Below the pieces are notes generated by a model that had not been told where the DNA came from, ran no database searches, and was given only the letters and a program-made list of their open reading frames with translations. Position numbers and translations under genes: made by a program. From an uncultured Gemmatimonadales bacterium (GTDB taxonomy: Bacteria; Gemmatimonadota; Gemmatimonadetes; Gemmatimonadales; GWC2-71-9), in contig CAWCFX010000006.1 of assembly GCA_963795085.1 (NCBI GenBank), positions 416,001 through 480,000 of the forward strand: 64,000 nucleotides of DNA. The letters are read 5' to 3'. Position 1 is the stretch's first letter; every line of letters starts with the position of its first letter. Positions 19,786-30,678 of this stretch are shown one piece after another.

Positions 19786-20138
19786 GTGTACGACCACTGG
19801 TCACCGGATGCGGTCTGGTTCCTCCGCACGGGGCTGGGCAGACACGATTGGGGTCGACACGCCCACTACGGTCGCTTTCTGGAGCTCGTAGCGAATGACC
19901 GTCTCAGATGACCTGGCTGACCGGCTCGCCTGGCACCTACGGTGACGAGACAGTCGTTGAGGTAGAGCTTCGCCCGGGGGACGGCGGCACCTTCCTTCGA
20001 CTCACCCACCCGGGCTTCAGCACCGAGCAAGCGTGCAAGGGCCACGAGACCAACTGGCCCGCCGCGTTGGAGGCGCTGGACGCGGCTCTGAGGAATAGGG
20101 CATGGGCCCGCTGCGGTGGCAGGTGGGGTCGGAGCTGA
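19786..20138 (+). pseudogene. SRPBCC/AHSA1 domain remnant
   Basis: RHAHYGRFLELVANDRL, frameshift, then MTWLTG...GDETVVEVEL...GTFLRLTHPGF...HETNWPAALEAL. No intact start; start coordinate approximate. Confidence 0.7.
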
Positions 20139-20311
20139 CCGGCAGGGGGCGGGCTGCCTGTCGGGACGGCTGTTCCGCTCCCGACGGAGCCTCATGGGCG
20201 TTGCGCGCGGCCGCGTTCGCCCGGTCCCGCGGGAACGTTGACCATCACGAAGACTGTTCGTCGCGTCGAACGCTGATCCTCCGCGCTCCACCGCACCGTC
20301 CCGGTCCACCC

Positions 20312-22969
20312 CTACCCCGTGTTCCGCATCCCCGCCGCAATCCCGTTCACCGTCACCAGGAAGGCATCGCGCAGGCCCGGGTCGTCCCCATCCTGCCGCA
20401 GCCGCGCCAGCAATTCGACCTGGACCAGGTTGATCGGGTCCACGTACGGGTTCCGGACCTCGATCGACCGGCGCAGGACCGGGTTGTCGGCCAGCAGGTG
20501 CGCCGCCTCCATCACCTCCAGCACGGCGCCGATCGTGTCCTCCAGGCTGGCGCGCAGCGCGTCTCCCAGTCCCCGCAACTCCGCCGGCACCAGCTCGGCG
20601 TCGTAGTGGGCCGCGATCTCCGGCGAGGCCTTCGCCAGGACCATCGTCACCAGGTCCAGCGTGGAACGGAAGAACGGCCACTCCCGGTACATCGTCCGCA
20701 GCTCCTCCAGCTCGCCGCGCGCCATGGCGGACCGTAACGCGTCGCCCACGCCGAGCCAGGCGGGCAGCATCAGCCGGGTCTGGGTCCACGCGAAGATCCA
20801 GGGAATGGCCCGGAGCGACTCGACCCCGGTGCCGGGGCGGCGGCGCGCCGGCCGGCTGCCGATCTTGAGCTGGCCCAGCTCCACCTCCGGGGTGGCCAGC
20901 CGGAAGTACTCGAGGAACTCGGGCGACTCGTAGACCATTCGCCGGTAGGCGGTCCGCGATTCGTCCGCCAGGGTGTCCATCAGCGTCCGCCAGCGCGGCG
21001 CGGCGGGCACCCCCGGCAGGAGGGTGGCCTCGAGCACCGCGGTGGTGTACAGCTCCAGCGTCCGCTCCGCGATGGCCGGCAGGCTGAACTTGGAGTCGAT
21101 CATCTCGCCCTGCTCGGTGACCCGGAGCGCGCCGTCCACCGAGCCGGGCGGCTGCGACTGGATCGCCAGGTGGGTCGGCCCGCCCCCCCGCCCCACCGAT
21201 CCACCCCGCCCGTGGAACAAGGTCACCCGCACGCCATGCGCCTGGCACACCGCGACCACCCGCTCCTGCGCGGTGTACAGCGCCCATGCCGCCGCCAGCC
21301 GGCCGCCGTCCTTGGCCGAGTCGGAGTAGCCGATCATCACCTCCTGGTGATCGCCGATGCGGCGGCGGTACCAGGGGATCCGGAACAGCCGGTCCAGGCA
21401 GTCGGCGGCACCCTGCAGGTCGGCCACGGTCTCGAACAGCGGTACCACCCGGCAGCGAGGCTCTACCTCCGCGGCCGCCTGGAGCAGCTCCACGGCCAGG
21501 ATATCGGAAGGCTCGCTGGCCATGGAGATGACGTAGGCGCCGAGCGAGCCCGGGGGAAGCCCGGCGGCGACCCGCATCGTCTCGAGCACGTCGGCCACCT
21601 CCCCGTCCCACCCGTCTGTCCTGGCCATGGCCCCGCGGGCCAGCGGGGCATCCCCTTCCAGCTCCTCGAGGATGAACGCCTGCCGCTCCTCTTCTGGAAG
21701 ATCGTCATATGAGCGCCCGGCGCGTCGGGCGATCGCCTCGAGCGCCGCGGTGTGCCGACCGGCTTCCTGTCGCAGGTCGAGGCGGGCCAGCGTCAGTCCA
21801 AAACAGGGAATTCGGCGCAGCAGGTCCAGCAGCCTGCCCCGCGCCAGGATCCCCGCTCCCGTCTCCTCCAGCGAGCGGAAACAGAGCCGGAGCGGTTCCG
21901 CCAGCTCCTCCGGGTCGGTATAGATCTGGTCACTCGGCTGGAGCGGAGCGGGACGATCCAGCAACCCCTCGATATGGAGACGGGTGCGCTCCAGCCGGTC
22001 GGCGACGCCCCGCAGCAGGGCCCGGTAGGGCTCGGCCGCATTCCCGACCCGGGACATAAGCTCCGGGCTCGCCGTGCTCATGGACAGCTCGGCGCGAAGT
22101 TCGGCCACTTCCCGGTGGTAGAGATCGGCCGCCATCCAGCGAGCGAGGAGCACGGCGCGGAAGGTGATGTCCGGCGTGACATTGGGGTTCCCGTCGCGGT
22201 CGCCGCCCATCCAGGAGCCAAAGCGAATCGGGGCGATGCCCTCGGGCAACCGCTGGCCGGTGGCGGCATGCAGCGCGGCGTCCAGGGCGCGCAGGTGGCG
22301 CGGAATCGCGTCCCACAGGGTCTGCTCGAACGCGACCATGCTGGCGCGGACCTCGTCGAGCGGCGAGGGCTGCTCGTGCTGGACTTCATCGGTCAGCCAG
22401 ATCGCAGCGATCTCCTCCTCCAGGCGGCGGGTCAGCTCCTCCCGCTCCGGCCCCGTGAGATCGGGCCGGTCGCCCAGCGCCAGCAGGTCGGCGATACTGC
22501 GCTGCTTCTGCCGCAGGGTGCGGCGGACCACCTCGGTGGGATGGGCGGTCAGGACCAGCTCGATGCGCTGGTTGACGACCCGTTCCACGAGGGTGGCGGG
22601 CGGGATGCCTGCCGCGCGGAGCCGGGCGAGGCTGTCGGCAAAGGAGGCGCGCTGGGGCGGTGCCTCGGGATCGCGCTGGTAGTCGCGGCGCCGGCGGATC
22701 CGGTGGTGCTGTTCCGCGATGTTCGCCAGGCCCAGGAAGTGGGCGAAGGCGCGGGCCACCGTCATGGCCTGGTCGGTGGAAAGCGCTTCCAGCGCCCGGC
22801 GCAGGGTGTCAAAGCGGGCCTCGCCGCCCCGCACCTGCTTCGACAGCGCGCGGATGCGTTCGACCGCGTCGAACAGGTCATCGCCTTCCTGGCGCCGGAG
22901 GGTGTCGCCCAGCAGCGCGCCGAGCACGCGCACGTCATCCTGGAGGGGCTGGTGGGGATCCGAGGGCAT
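20312..22969 (-). CDS. ppc: phosphoenolpyruvate carboxylase
   Basis: VLTAHPTE, SWMGGDRDGNP, QEVMIGYSDSAKDGG, FHGRGGSVGRGGGP, LRAIPWIF, GIAAGMRNTG. Confidence 0.98.
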   Translation of the reverse strand: MPSDPHQPLQDDVRVLGALLGDTLRRQEGDDLFDAVERIRALSKQVRGGEARFDTLRRALEALSTDQAMTVARAFAHFLGLANIAEQHHRIRRRRDYQRDPEAPPQRASFADSLARLRAAGIPPATLVERVVNQRIELVLTAHPTEVVRRTLRQKQRSIADLLALGDRPDLTGPEREELTRRLEEEIAAIWLTDEVQHEQPSPLDEVRASMVAFEQTLWDAIPRHLRALDAALHAATGQRLPEGIAPIRFGSWMGGDRDGNPNVTPDITFRAVLLARWMAADLYHREVAELRAELSMSTASPELMSRVGNAAEPYRALLRGVADRLERTRLHIEGLLDRPAPLQPSDQIYTDPEELAEPLRLCFRSLEETGAGILARGRLLDLLRRIPCFGLTLARLDLRQEAGRHTAALEAIARRAGRSYDDLPEEERQAFILEELEGDAPLARGAMARTDGWDGEVADVLETMRVAAGLPPGSLGAYVISMASEPSDILAVELLQAAAEVEPRCRVVPLFETVADLQGAADCLDRLFRIPWYRRRIGDHQEVMIGYSDSAKDGGRLAAAWALYTAQERVVAVCQAHGVRVTLFHGRGGSVGRGGGPTHLAIQSQPPGSVDGALRVTEQGEMIDSKFSLPAIAERTLELYTTAVLEATLLPGVPAAPRWRTLMDTLADESRTAYRRMVYESPEFLEYFRLATPEVELGQLKIGSRPARRRPGTGVESLRAIPWIFAWTQTRLMLPAWLGVGDALRSAMARGELEELRTMYREWPFFRSTLDLVTMVLAKASPEIAAHYDAELVPAELRGLGDALRASLEDTIGAVLEVMEAAHLLADNPVLRRSIEVRNPYVDPINLVQVELLARLRQDGDDPGLRDAFLVTVNGIAAGMRNTG

Positions 22970-23241
22970 GGGCTCAATATATGGCCACAGCAAAGGAAGT
23001 AAGGTGGAGTCTGGTCACCGACGCCCGGCCAGCCACACCTGGTGGCGATGCCAACGGGACCTGGAATCCGTGCCAGCGGCGGGATTATCCGGAGAGTCGT
23101 GGCACTCCCCCAGGAACGCCTGCAGTCGGTGATGCCCCGCCGCGGCGATGCCCTACACATCGTGCTCGGGACACGTCGCTAAACCCCAGCCCGGCGACCG
23201 GCATCATATCGTCGAGCGAACGTAACCTGGAGGTTTGATCG

Positions 23242-24129
23242 ATGCTCAACAGAATCCGGATATGTATTCTCGGCCTGACCATCGTGGGGGCCCTGTTGCC
23301 GGCGACACGGGCGATGGCCCATCCCGGCTCGGCAATCGTCGTCGACCGACTGGGCCAGGTCTGGTTCCTCGATACCGGCGCGGGCCTCTGGAAGATCGAC
23401 ACGCACGGCGTGCTGACCCATGTCGGAGGCGATCGCTTCCATTGGATGGCGCTCGACCAGGACAATCGTTTCCGTGGTGCCACCCTGCCCCGCGACATCA
23501 CGCTGGTGGGAACGAGTCCATCCCTGCTCATCGCCAGCGATTACCCGGTCGCGATGGGCCGGGATGGCAGCCTGTATTATCCCTCGCGCGCGCCGGACGG
23601 CCGCGTGCGGATCATGCGGACGCTGCCGGCCGGACGGCCGGCGGTGGTCGCCACGCTGCCGGCCACGACGGCCGGTGGCACACCGCTCCAGTGGCTCAAC
23701 GGCCTCACCGGCGGCGCCGATGGGCATCTGTATTTCACGGAGAACAACGCCATTCGGCGGGTCACGATGGACGGCCGGGTGCAGACCGTCGTGAGCGACC
23801 TCAAGGTCCCGGGCTGCGCCGCCATTCCGGGGAATACACCGAAGGACGGTCTCTTTCTCCGGGGCTTGAGCGTGGACTCGGCGGGCGTGATCTACGTGGC
23901 GGCGAGCGGCTGCGGTGCCGTGCTCACGATCACGCCGGAAGGGCGCGTAACCACCCTCGTCCAGCTCGAGGCCCCCTGGAGTCCGACCGCCCTCGCGCGC
24001 TTCGGTTCGGATATCTACGTGCTCGAATACCTGCATACCGAGAAGGAAGACCGGCGGGCGTGGATACCGCGGGTGAGAAGAGTCTCAGGGGATGGCACGT
24101 CGGTCGTGATTGCGCGAGTCGCCCGATAG
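23242..24129 (+). CDS. secreted NHL/beta-propeller protein
   Basis: GGAGG RBS, signal peptide, repeated strand motifs (GLSVDSAGVIYVA, WSPTALA). Confidence 0.8.
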   Translation: MLNRIRICILGLTIVGALLPATRAMAHPGSAIVVDRLGQVWFLDTGAGLWKIDTHGVLTHVGGDRFHWMALDQDNRFRGATLPRDITLVGTSPSLLIASDYPVAMGRDGSLYYPSRAPDGRVRIMRTLPAGRPAVVATLPATTAGGTPLQWLNGLTGGADGHLYFTENNAIRRVTMDGRVQTVVSDLKVPGCAAIPGNTPKDGLFLRGLSVDSAGVIYVAASGCGAVLTITPEGRVTTLVQLEAPWSPTALARFGSDIYVLEYLHTEKEDRRAWIPRVRRVSGDGTSVVIARVAR

Positions 24130-24328
24130 GCCTCCGGCGGGTTGCCCCGGCATACCCCCGCGCCCGCCGCGAACGCACTGATCGTCAGGCGGCCCTTCGT
24201 CGTGGAGCCCTCCACCTTCGACGCCCTCCACATTCGACTCGTCCCCACCAGTCGCTTGAGAATGCGGGCCCACCGAGGTACCATCTGGTAGCATCCACTC
24301 TTAAGCCAGTCACCCGTCCGGAGGTCCC

Positions 24329-24670
24329 ATGCCCCGAATCGCAGGCATGCTCACTGACAAGGAGCGCGCCGCCCTGGCACCCAAGCCGCGCGCGTACCTG
24401 GCAGACGCCGAGCGACGCGCGCGTACGGCCGCATCCCTGTTCGACCTTGGCATCGCCCGCGGGCTGTTGCTCGCGCTGGTCAAGGAGGGGGTGATTACCA
24501 CCTCGGCGTATGATCGCATGTTCAAGCGCATCTTCGCCAAGGTGAAGCCGCGGCTGCGAGAGGAGATCCGGTCGGTGCCCAAGGCGCGCCTTACCGGGGC
24601 CCTGACCGTCCCCGCGGCGCCGCGCACGCGCCGGAGACAGCGGCGCAAGGCGAAGGCGAAACGCGCCTAG
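24329..24670 (+). CDS. small very basic hypothetical protein
   Basis: GGAGGT RBS; Arg/Lys tail RTRRRQRRKAKAKRA. Confidence 0.7.
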   Translation: MPRIAGMLTDKERAALAPKPRAYLADAERRARTAASLFDLGIARGLLLALVKEGVITTSAYDRMFKRIFAKVKPRLREEIRSVPKARLTGALTVPAAPRTRRRQRRKAKAKRA

Positions 24671-24740
24671 CGCGTTCATGGCGGCCTGGCCGGTCGGGTT
24701 CCCGGCCGCCGCGCCCGCAGGTTCATGCGCACAGTTGAAC
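24665..24740 (+). mobile_element. possible degenerate attC site (different subfamily)
   Basis: GCCTAGC overlapping the stop (near RYYYAAC) ... CCGCGCCCGCAGGTTCATGCGCACA-GTTGAAC (GTTRRRY). Confidence 0.35.
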
Positions 24741-24825
24741 CCGGAAAGACATTTCTCCCGGCAGGAACGACAGGGGCTGCCCGCCACGCGCGTGGAGCGG
24801 TCAACCGCGCCCAGAACAGGAGAGT

Positions 24826-25274
24826 ATGCGTCCCTATCGCGTCATGGCCGGTCTGCTTGCCGCAGGCCTGACTGGGGGTGTGGTGACTCGACCGGCCCGA
24901 CCGTCCCAACACTGGGTGACCTGCTGGGAACCTGGGACCTTACCGCCCTCGTCCTGACCACCCACGAACCGACCCCACGCACCCGCGATCGCGTCGCTGA
25001 TGGCACCCAAACTCAGGTGCTGACCGTTACCGCAGGCGGCCACTTTGATCTCTATGCGTGCGTTCCCGATGTGCTTTGTGCTCATCTGCCCGGGACCCTG
25101 ACCATTGCCGGGGATAGTATCCATTTTGCCTATACACACGAGGGACCCTTTACTGAACGAGTCCGCCTCAGCGGCGCCAAGCTGACGCTCGATAGTGAAG
25201 GTCCTGGATATTTCCTGGCTACGGATGCCACTACTCAGCTGCTCTCGACCCGGCGGGTGTTTACAAGGCAGTAG
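24826..25274 (+). pseudogene. lipocalin-like lipoprotein frameshifted in a G5 run at ~24874
   Basis: AGGAGA RBS plus MRPYRVMAGLLAAGLTG, then CGDSTGP...LLGTWDLT in another frame. Confidence 0.65.
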
Positions 25275-25279
25275 CAGGC

Positions 25280-25360
25280 AGCGGACAACCGCGCCCGGTG
25301 ACCCGCGGAACACCGCCACGTGCTGAGCGCGGTCGCCGCGCAAGCGCACAACCGTTAGAC
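25280..25360 (+). mobile_element. attC-like site, left end eroded
   Basis: GCGGACAACCGCGCCCGG pairs with CTGAGCGCGGTCGCCGC; then CAAGCGCACAACC-GTTAGAC (perfect GTTRRRY); next ATG 18 nt downstream. Confidence 0.65.
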
Positions 25361-25377
25361 CTGCACCCGAGGCCCCT

Positions 25378-25890
25378 ATGCATTTGCCAATCTGGGTGAT
25401 CGCAGCCGTGCTGGTTCTCTTTGGTGTCATGGCTGCGTGGCTTGGCCTCATTCTCGCCGGCCGCAATCCCCTGCCTTTTCCGGACGTCGGCTCGCGCATC
25501 TTTACCGCCGCGACACCGGCCGCCAAGGACACCATCGTCGCCCTCCTCGCCCAGTACGGCGTTCGCGAGCGCTTTCAGATGAACACGACTGGCGTGCTGC
25601 GATCGCTCATGTATGACGGCACCATTATTAATTGTCCGGACCCGGAAGTGACCCGACGCCTCGGGTCGCCGAAAGCGAGCATTGGCCTCGTGTCGCCGGA
25701 CCCTGCGACGAGCGCCGCGCAGGCCGCGGAGTTCCTGCGGCAACACGGCCTGGAAGCCGAGGTAGTGCTCGACGCCGAACCGGACTTGCCGATCGCGTTC
25801 GTGACGACGAACGCCTTTACCGGCACGGTATTGAATTTCCGCAAGCACGCCATTCACATGCCGCGGCCCGCGGGAGCGGGTGGAAAGTAG
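25378..25890 (+). CDS. hypothetical protein with N-terminal TM
   Basis: GAGG RBS; 170 aa ORF directly after the attC-like site. Confidence 0.7.
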   Translation: MHLPIWVIAAVLVLFGVMAAWLGLILAGRNPLPFPDVGSRIFTAATPAAKDTIVALLAQYGVRERFQMNTTGVLRSLMYDGTIINCPDPEVTRRLGSPKASIGLVSPDPATSAAQAAEFLRQHGLEAEVVLDAEPDLPIAFVTTNAFTGTVLNFRKHAIHMPRPAGAGGK

Positions 25891-25971
25891 AGTTCTTCAA
25901 CGATCGTGATTTCCGTTCGGGCTGCCAGCGACGGGGCCGGCACGAACTTCGTTAGCCCACCCATGTAGCGA

Positions 25972-26008
25972 CTGCGGAACCCGCAGCCGCAGACTGCTGA
26001 ATCCGCAG
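25972..26008 (+). promoter_or_regulatory. two palindromic enhancer (bEBP UAS)-like sites
   Basis: CTGCGG-AAC-CCGCAG (25972) and CTGCTG-AAT-CCGCAG (25994), 22 bp apart, upstream of a sigma54 motif. Confidence 0.7.
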
Positions 26009-26060
26009 GCGGTCACCCCTCGTGGCCTGCCAAGATACTGTCATTAATGGCCTTGGGTCA

Positions 26061-26075
26061 TGGCACCCCCCTTGC
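26061..26075 (+). promoter_or_regulatory. sigma54 -24/-12 promoter
   Basis: TGGCAC-N5-TTGC with exact GG-N10-GC spacing; the operon encodes an NtrC-type activator. Confidence 0.85.
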
Positions 26076-26128
26076 CTTAACAGGAGTCGGCGCACCAACG
26101 GCCGACGACTCGATCAGGGGGCAAGGTC

Positions 26129-27409
26129 ATGAAACGGATCATTCTCGCAACCACAGCGCTCGGCATTGCGGCCGCGGCCGGATTCGGGTTTCTCGCCGGC
26201 GGCTCCGGCGGGGCGCTTACCTACCGTACCACTGCGATCACCCGCGGCAATGTCGAGAGCACCATCAGCACCACCGGCACTCTGGGCGCGGTCAACACCG
26301 TCCAGGTCGGCACCCAGATTTCGGGTCAGGTGTCCGGGCTCTATGCCGACTTCAACGATCGGGTGAAGAAGGGTCAGTTGCTGGCCCGGCTCGACCCCAC
26401 CCTGCTGCAACAGTCGGTGCAGCAGGCCCAGGCCGACGTGGAGCGATCCAGCGCCGAGGTACGCCAGCGGGAATACGCCATGGGCCAGGCTACCGCCCTG
26501 TACCAGATCCAGGGCATCACCGAGACCGAGTATCGCACGGGCGAGTACGATCTCGCGGTCTCAAGGGCTAACCTGAAGTCGGCCGAAAGTGGCCTCGAGC
26601 GGGCCCGGCAGAACCTGCAGTACACCTCCGTGCATTCCCCGGTGGACGGTGTGGTCATCGAACGCACCGTGTCGGTGGGGCAGACGGTGGCGGCGAGTCT
26701 CTCGGCACCGCAGCTGTTCCTCATCGCTGAGGACCTATCCCACATGGAGATCCTGGCCTCGGTGGACGAGAGTGACATCGGCCAGATCAAGGAAGGCCAG
26801 TCGGTGCGGTTCACGGTCCAGGCCTACGCCAACCGGACCTTTGCCGGCACCGTACGCCAGGTGCGGATGCAATCCGAGACCACGGAAGGCGTGGTGAACT
26901 ACACCGTGGTCATCGCGGTCGCGAACCCCGACGCCGCGCTGCTGCCCGGGATGACCGCGACGGTGAGCTTCGAGCTGGCACAGGCCATCGACGTCCTTCG
27001 GGTGCCCAACGCCGCGCTTCGCTTTCGTCCCACCGACGCCATGCTTGCGGCGGTGCCGCAGCCCGCCGGGGACTCGACCCCTCCGGCGACCGAGACGACC
27101 GATGCGACTGTGCGCGTGCGCCTGGCCAGCACCGGCGCAACGGGCGGTGCCCAGGCCGGCAGCCTGGCGCAAGGACGCGGGAGCGTCACCCAGCTCTGGT
27201 ACCTGGACGAACAGGGCGTGGCGCGGGTGGCCCGGGTTCGGGTGGGCCTGTCCGACGGTCAAATGACCCAGATCGCCGGCCCCGATCTTCGCGAAGGATT
27301 ACAGGTCATCACCAGTGTCACCACCGGCGCGGACGGCACCACGGCCACCGCGAGCCCGTTCTCGGGCGCCGCACCGTCGGGCGGTCCACCCGTTCCGGGA
27401 GGGTTCTAG
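26129..27409 (+). CDS. efflux periplasmic adaptor subunit (MacA/HlyD family)
   Basis: VQVGTQISGQV, VKKGQLLARLDP, SPVDGVVIER.VSVGQTVAASLSAP, VDESDIG, LLPGMTA. Confidence 0.92.
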   Translation: MKRIILATTALGIAAAAGFGFLAGGSGGALTYRTTAITRGNVESTISTTGTLGAVNTVQVGTQISGQVSGLYADFNDRVKKGQLLARLDPTLLQQSVQQAQADVERSSAEVRQREYAMGQATALYQIQGITETEYRTGEYDLAVSRANLKSAESGLERARQNLQYTSVHSPVDGVVIERTVSVGQTVAASLSAPQLFLIAEDLSHMEILASVDESDIGQIKEGQSVRFTVQAYANRTFAGTVRQVRMQSETTEGVVNYTVVIAVANPDAALLPGMTATVSFELAQAIDVLRVPNAALRFRPTDAMLAAVPQPAGDSTPPATETTDATVRVRLASTGATGGAQAGSLAQGRGSVTQLWYLDEQGVARVARVRVGLSDGQMTQIAGPDLREGLQVITSVTTGADGTTATASPFSGAAPSGGPPVPGGF

Positions 27410-27410
27410 G

Positions 27411-28166
<756 letters not shown>

Positions 28167-28168
28167 CC

Positions 28169-29386
28169 ATGAAAGCGACTCGACTGATCGATATCGCCAC
28201 CCGGAGCATCCTGAAGAACAAGCTGCGGGCACTGCTCACCATGCTCGGGATCATCATCGGCGTGGGCGCGGTGGTGGTGATGGTGGCCATCGGCCAGGGC
28301 GCCAGCGCCCAGATCCAGCAACAGATCGACAACCTGGGCTCCAACATGATCGTGATCGTCCCGGGCGCCTCCAGTGCCGGGGGAGTGAGCCAGGGTGCGG
28401 GGACGGCCAACCGGCTGACCCTGGAGGACGCCGAGACGCTCGACCGGGAGAGTGTGCTGCTCACTGCCGTCTCGCCGGTCATCGCCACCTTCAGCCAGGT
28501 CGTGGGTGGCCAGGGCAACTGGCGGAGCCAGATCTACGGGGTTTCCACCGACTACACCACCATCAGGGACTGGGGCGTCAGTTCCGGCCGATTCTTCGAC
28601 GATGCCGATCTCCGATCGATGCGCAAGGTCGCCGTCCTCGGCAAGACCGTGGCCGACAACCTGTTTCCCGACCAGGACCCGGTCGGGGCGCAGGTTCGGA
28701 TTCGCAACGTGCCCTTCGACGTGATCGGAGTCCTGGCGGGAAAGGGGCAGACGGCGCAAGGCGCCGATCAGGACGACGTCATCCTGGCCCCGTATACCAC
28801 GGTCCAGACCCGTCTGTCCGGCCGGAGCTTCATCCCCCAGATCCTGGGCAGCACCGCGGCACCCGAGGATATCGCCGCGGCGCAGGACGAGGCCCGGGCC
28901 ATCCTGCGGGAGACCCACAAGCTGCCCAGCTACGAGGCCGACGACTTCACGGTGAAGAACCAGAACGACCTGGCCGACGCCGCGCAGGGCAGCACGGAGG
29001 TCATGACCCTGCTCCTGGCGGCGATCGCCTCGATTTCGCTGCTGGTGGGCGGCATCGGGATCATGAACATCATGCTGGTGTCGGTCACCGAGCGGACCCG
29101 GGAGATCGGGATCCGCATGGCCATCGGCGCGCGCGGGTCCGACGTGCTGGTCCAGTTCCTGGTCGAGAGCATCGTGCTGAGCGCGATCGGCGGCGCGCTG
29201 GGAGTGGGACTGGGCTACGCGTCGGCCGCGGTAGTCCAGCGGCTTACCGGCTGGAGTACCGCCATCGCGCCCGGGGTGGTGGCGATCGCTATCGGGTTCG
29301 CCGCGGTGGTGGGAATCTTCTTCGGGTTCTACCCGGCGCGAAGAGCTGCGGCGCTGGATCCCATCCAGGCGCTCCGGTACGAGTAG
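28169..29386 (+). CDS. ABC transporter permease (MacB/FtsX type)
   Basis: LTMLGIIIGV, GGIGIMNIMLVSVTERTREIGIRMAIGA, PARRAAALDPIQALRYE. Confidence 0.95.
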   Translation: MKATRLIDIATRSILKNKLRALLTMLGIIIGVGAVVVMVAIGQGASAQIQQQIDNLGSNMIVIVPGASSAGGVSQGAGTANRLTLEDAETLDRESVLLTAVSPVIATFSQVVGGQGNWRSQIYGVSTDYTTIRDWGVSSGRFFDDADLRSMRKVAVLGKTVADNLFPDQDPVGAQVRIRNVPFDVIGVLAGKGQTAQGADQDDVILAPYTTVQTRLSGRSFIPQILGSTAAPEDIAAAQDEARAILRETHKLPSYEADDFTVKNQNDLADAAQGSTEVMTLLLAAIASISLLVGGIGIMNIMLVSVTERTREIGIRMAIGARGSDVLVQFLVESIVLSAIGGALGVGLGYASAAVVQRLTGWSTAIAPGVVAIAIGFAAVVGIFFGFYPARRAAALDPIQALRYE

Positions 29387-29388
29387 CC

Positions 29389-30672
29389 ATGCCGGCCTTA
29401 TATTCGCTCATGCCGTCTCGCCGCTACCGCTGGGCCCGATGGGGCTGGCTGGCCACGACCGTTGCGCTGGGCGCGGCCCTCGTGATCTCGGCCTGGATCG
29501 CCCGTGAGCGAGCCGCGGGTGCGGCCGATACCCTGAACCGGGGTCAGGCCGGGGTCTGGCTCGAGTCGGTGCGCCACGTGCTGCGCGAAGCGGAGATGCC
29601 CGTGGGTTCGGGAGCGCTCGATTCGCTGTTCGGCGCGTTGCGTGACGCCGGCGTCGAAGGGATCTCGCTCTTCGATTCTTCCGGAGCCCTGGCGGTGCAG
29701 GCCGGCATCCCGGTCGTGGCCCCGCGATCGGTGCCGGACAGCACCGGGCCGGGGCCGGTGACGATGGTGGACCAGGGCAACCGCATCACGCTGGTGGGCC
29801 CCGCCCTGGGAGGCCGGCCTGGTGACGAGGAGGGTGGCCGCAGCCGGCGTCGTCCGTTCCTGGTCGTCATGGAGTTCACGCCGGTCGCCGCGCACCAGCT
29901 GGTGGAGGACGCCACTCGCCGGTTCTGGCTGTCCTCGCTGGTCGCCGCAGCCTTGTTAGGTGCCGCCCTGGTGTTCTGGCGCCTCATCACGCTCCATGAA
30001 GTTGCCGAACGCCGCTACCGCCAGCAGGAGCAACTCAGCAAGCTGGGCGAGATGTCGGCGGTGCTGGCTCACGAGATCCGCAATCCACTCGCATCACTCA
30101 AGGGCCACGCCCAATTGCTCACGGAACGGCTGGGAGACGGCAGTGCCGAGGGCAACAAGGCGCGGCTGGTGGTGCGAGAAGCCGAGCGCCTGGAGGCGAT
30201 CACCAACGACCTGCTGGGGTTCGCCCGATCCGGTCCAATCGCGATCGAGCCTGCCGACCCGATGACGCTGCTGCGGTCGTGCGCGGATGAGGTGGCGCCC
30301 GGTGGGTTCATCCTGCCGGAGGGCGGGGCGCCGGATACATGGCCCCTCGATTCCCACCGCATGCGGCGGGCGCTGGTCAACATTCTGCGCAACGCCCGCC
30401 AGGCCTCGCCGGAACACACCCGGCCGGAAGCGTCGGTACGAATCGAGCACGGCCGCCTGGTGTTCGCCGTTCGGGACTACGGTCCGGGGATTCCCGCCGG
30501 AGATGAGCGGCGCATCTTCGAGCCGTTCTACACCACCCGGACCTCCGGGACCGGGCTGGGCCTCGCCGTCGCCGCGCGGGTGGCGGAGATGCACGACGGA
30601 GAGGTCCGGGTCCGGAATCATCCCGAGGGCGGCGCGGTGTTCTCCATCGCGATCCCCAGGGGCCTGGGCTGA
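29389..30672 (+). CDS. membrane sensor histidine kinase
   Basis: Two TM helices; LAHEIRNPL; NILRNA, DYGPGI, FEPFYTT, GTGLGL. Confidence 0.93.
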   Translation: MPALYSLMPSRRYRWARWGWLATTVALGAALVISAWIARERAAGAADTLNRGQAGVWLESVRHVLREAEMPVGSGALDSLFGALRDAGVEGISLFDSSGALAVQAGIPVVAPRSVPDSTGPGPVTMVDQGNRITLVGPALGGRPGDEEGGRSRRRPFLVVMEFTPVAAHQLVEDATRRFWLSSLVAAALLGAALVFWRLITLHEVAERRYRQQEQLSKLGEMSAVLAHEIRNPLASLKGHAQLLTERLGDGSAEGNKARLVVREAERLEAITNDLLGFARSGPIAIEPADPMTLLRSCADEVAPGGFILPEGGAPDTWPLDSHRMRRALVNILRNARQASPEHTRPEASVRIEHGRLVFAVRDYGPGIPAGDERRIFEPFYTTRTSGTGLGLAVAARVAEMHDGEVRVRNHPEGGAVFSIAIPRGLG

Positions 30673-30678
30673 GCTCCC

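Noticed and set aside
25891..25957. Additional attC ending GTTAGCC
   Set aside because: No complementary left arm or family similarity was found.
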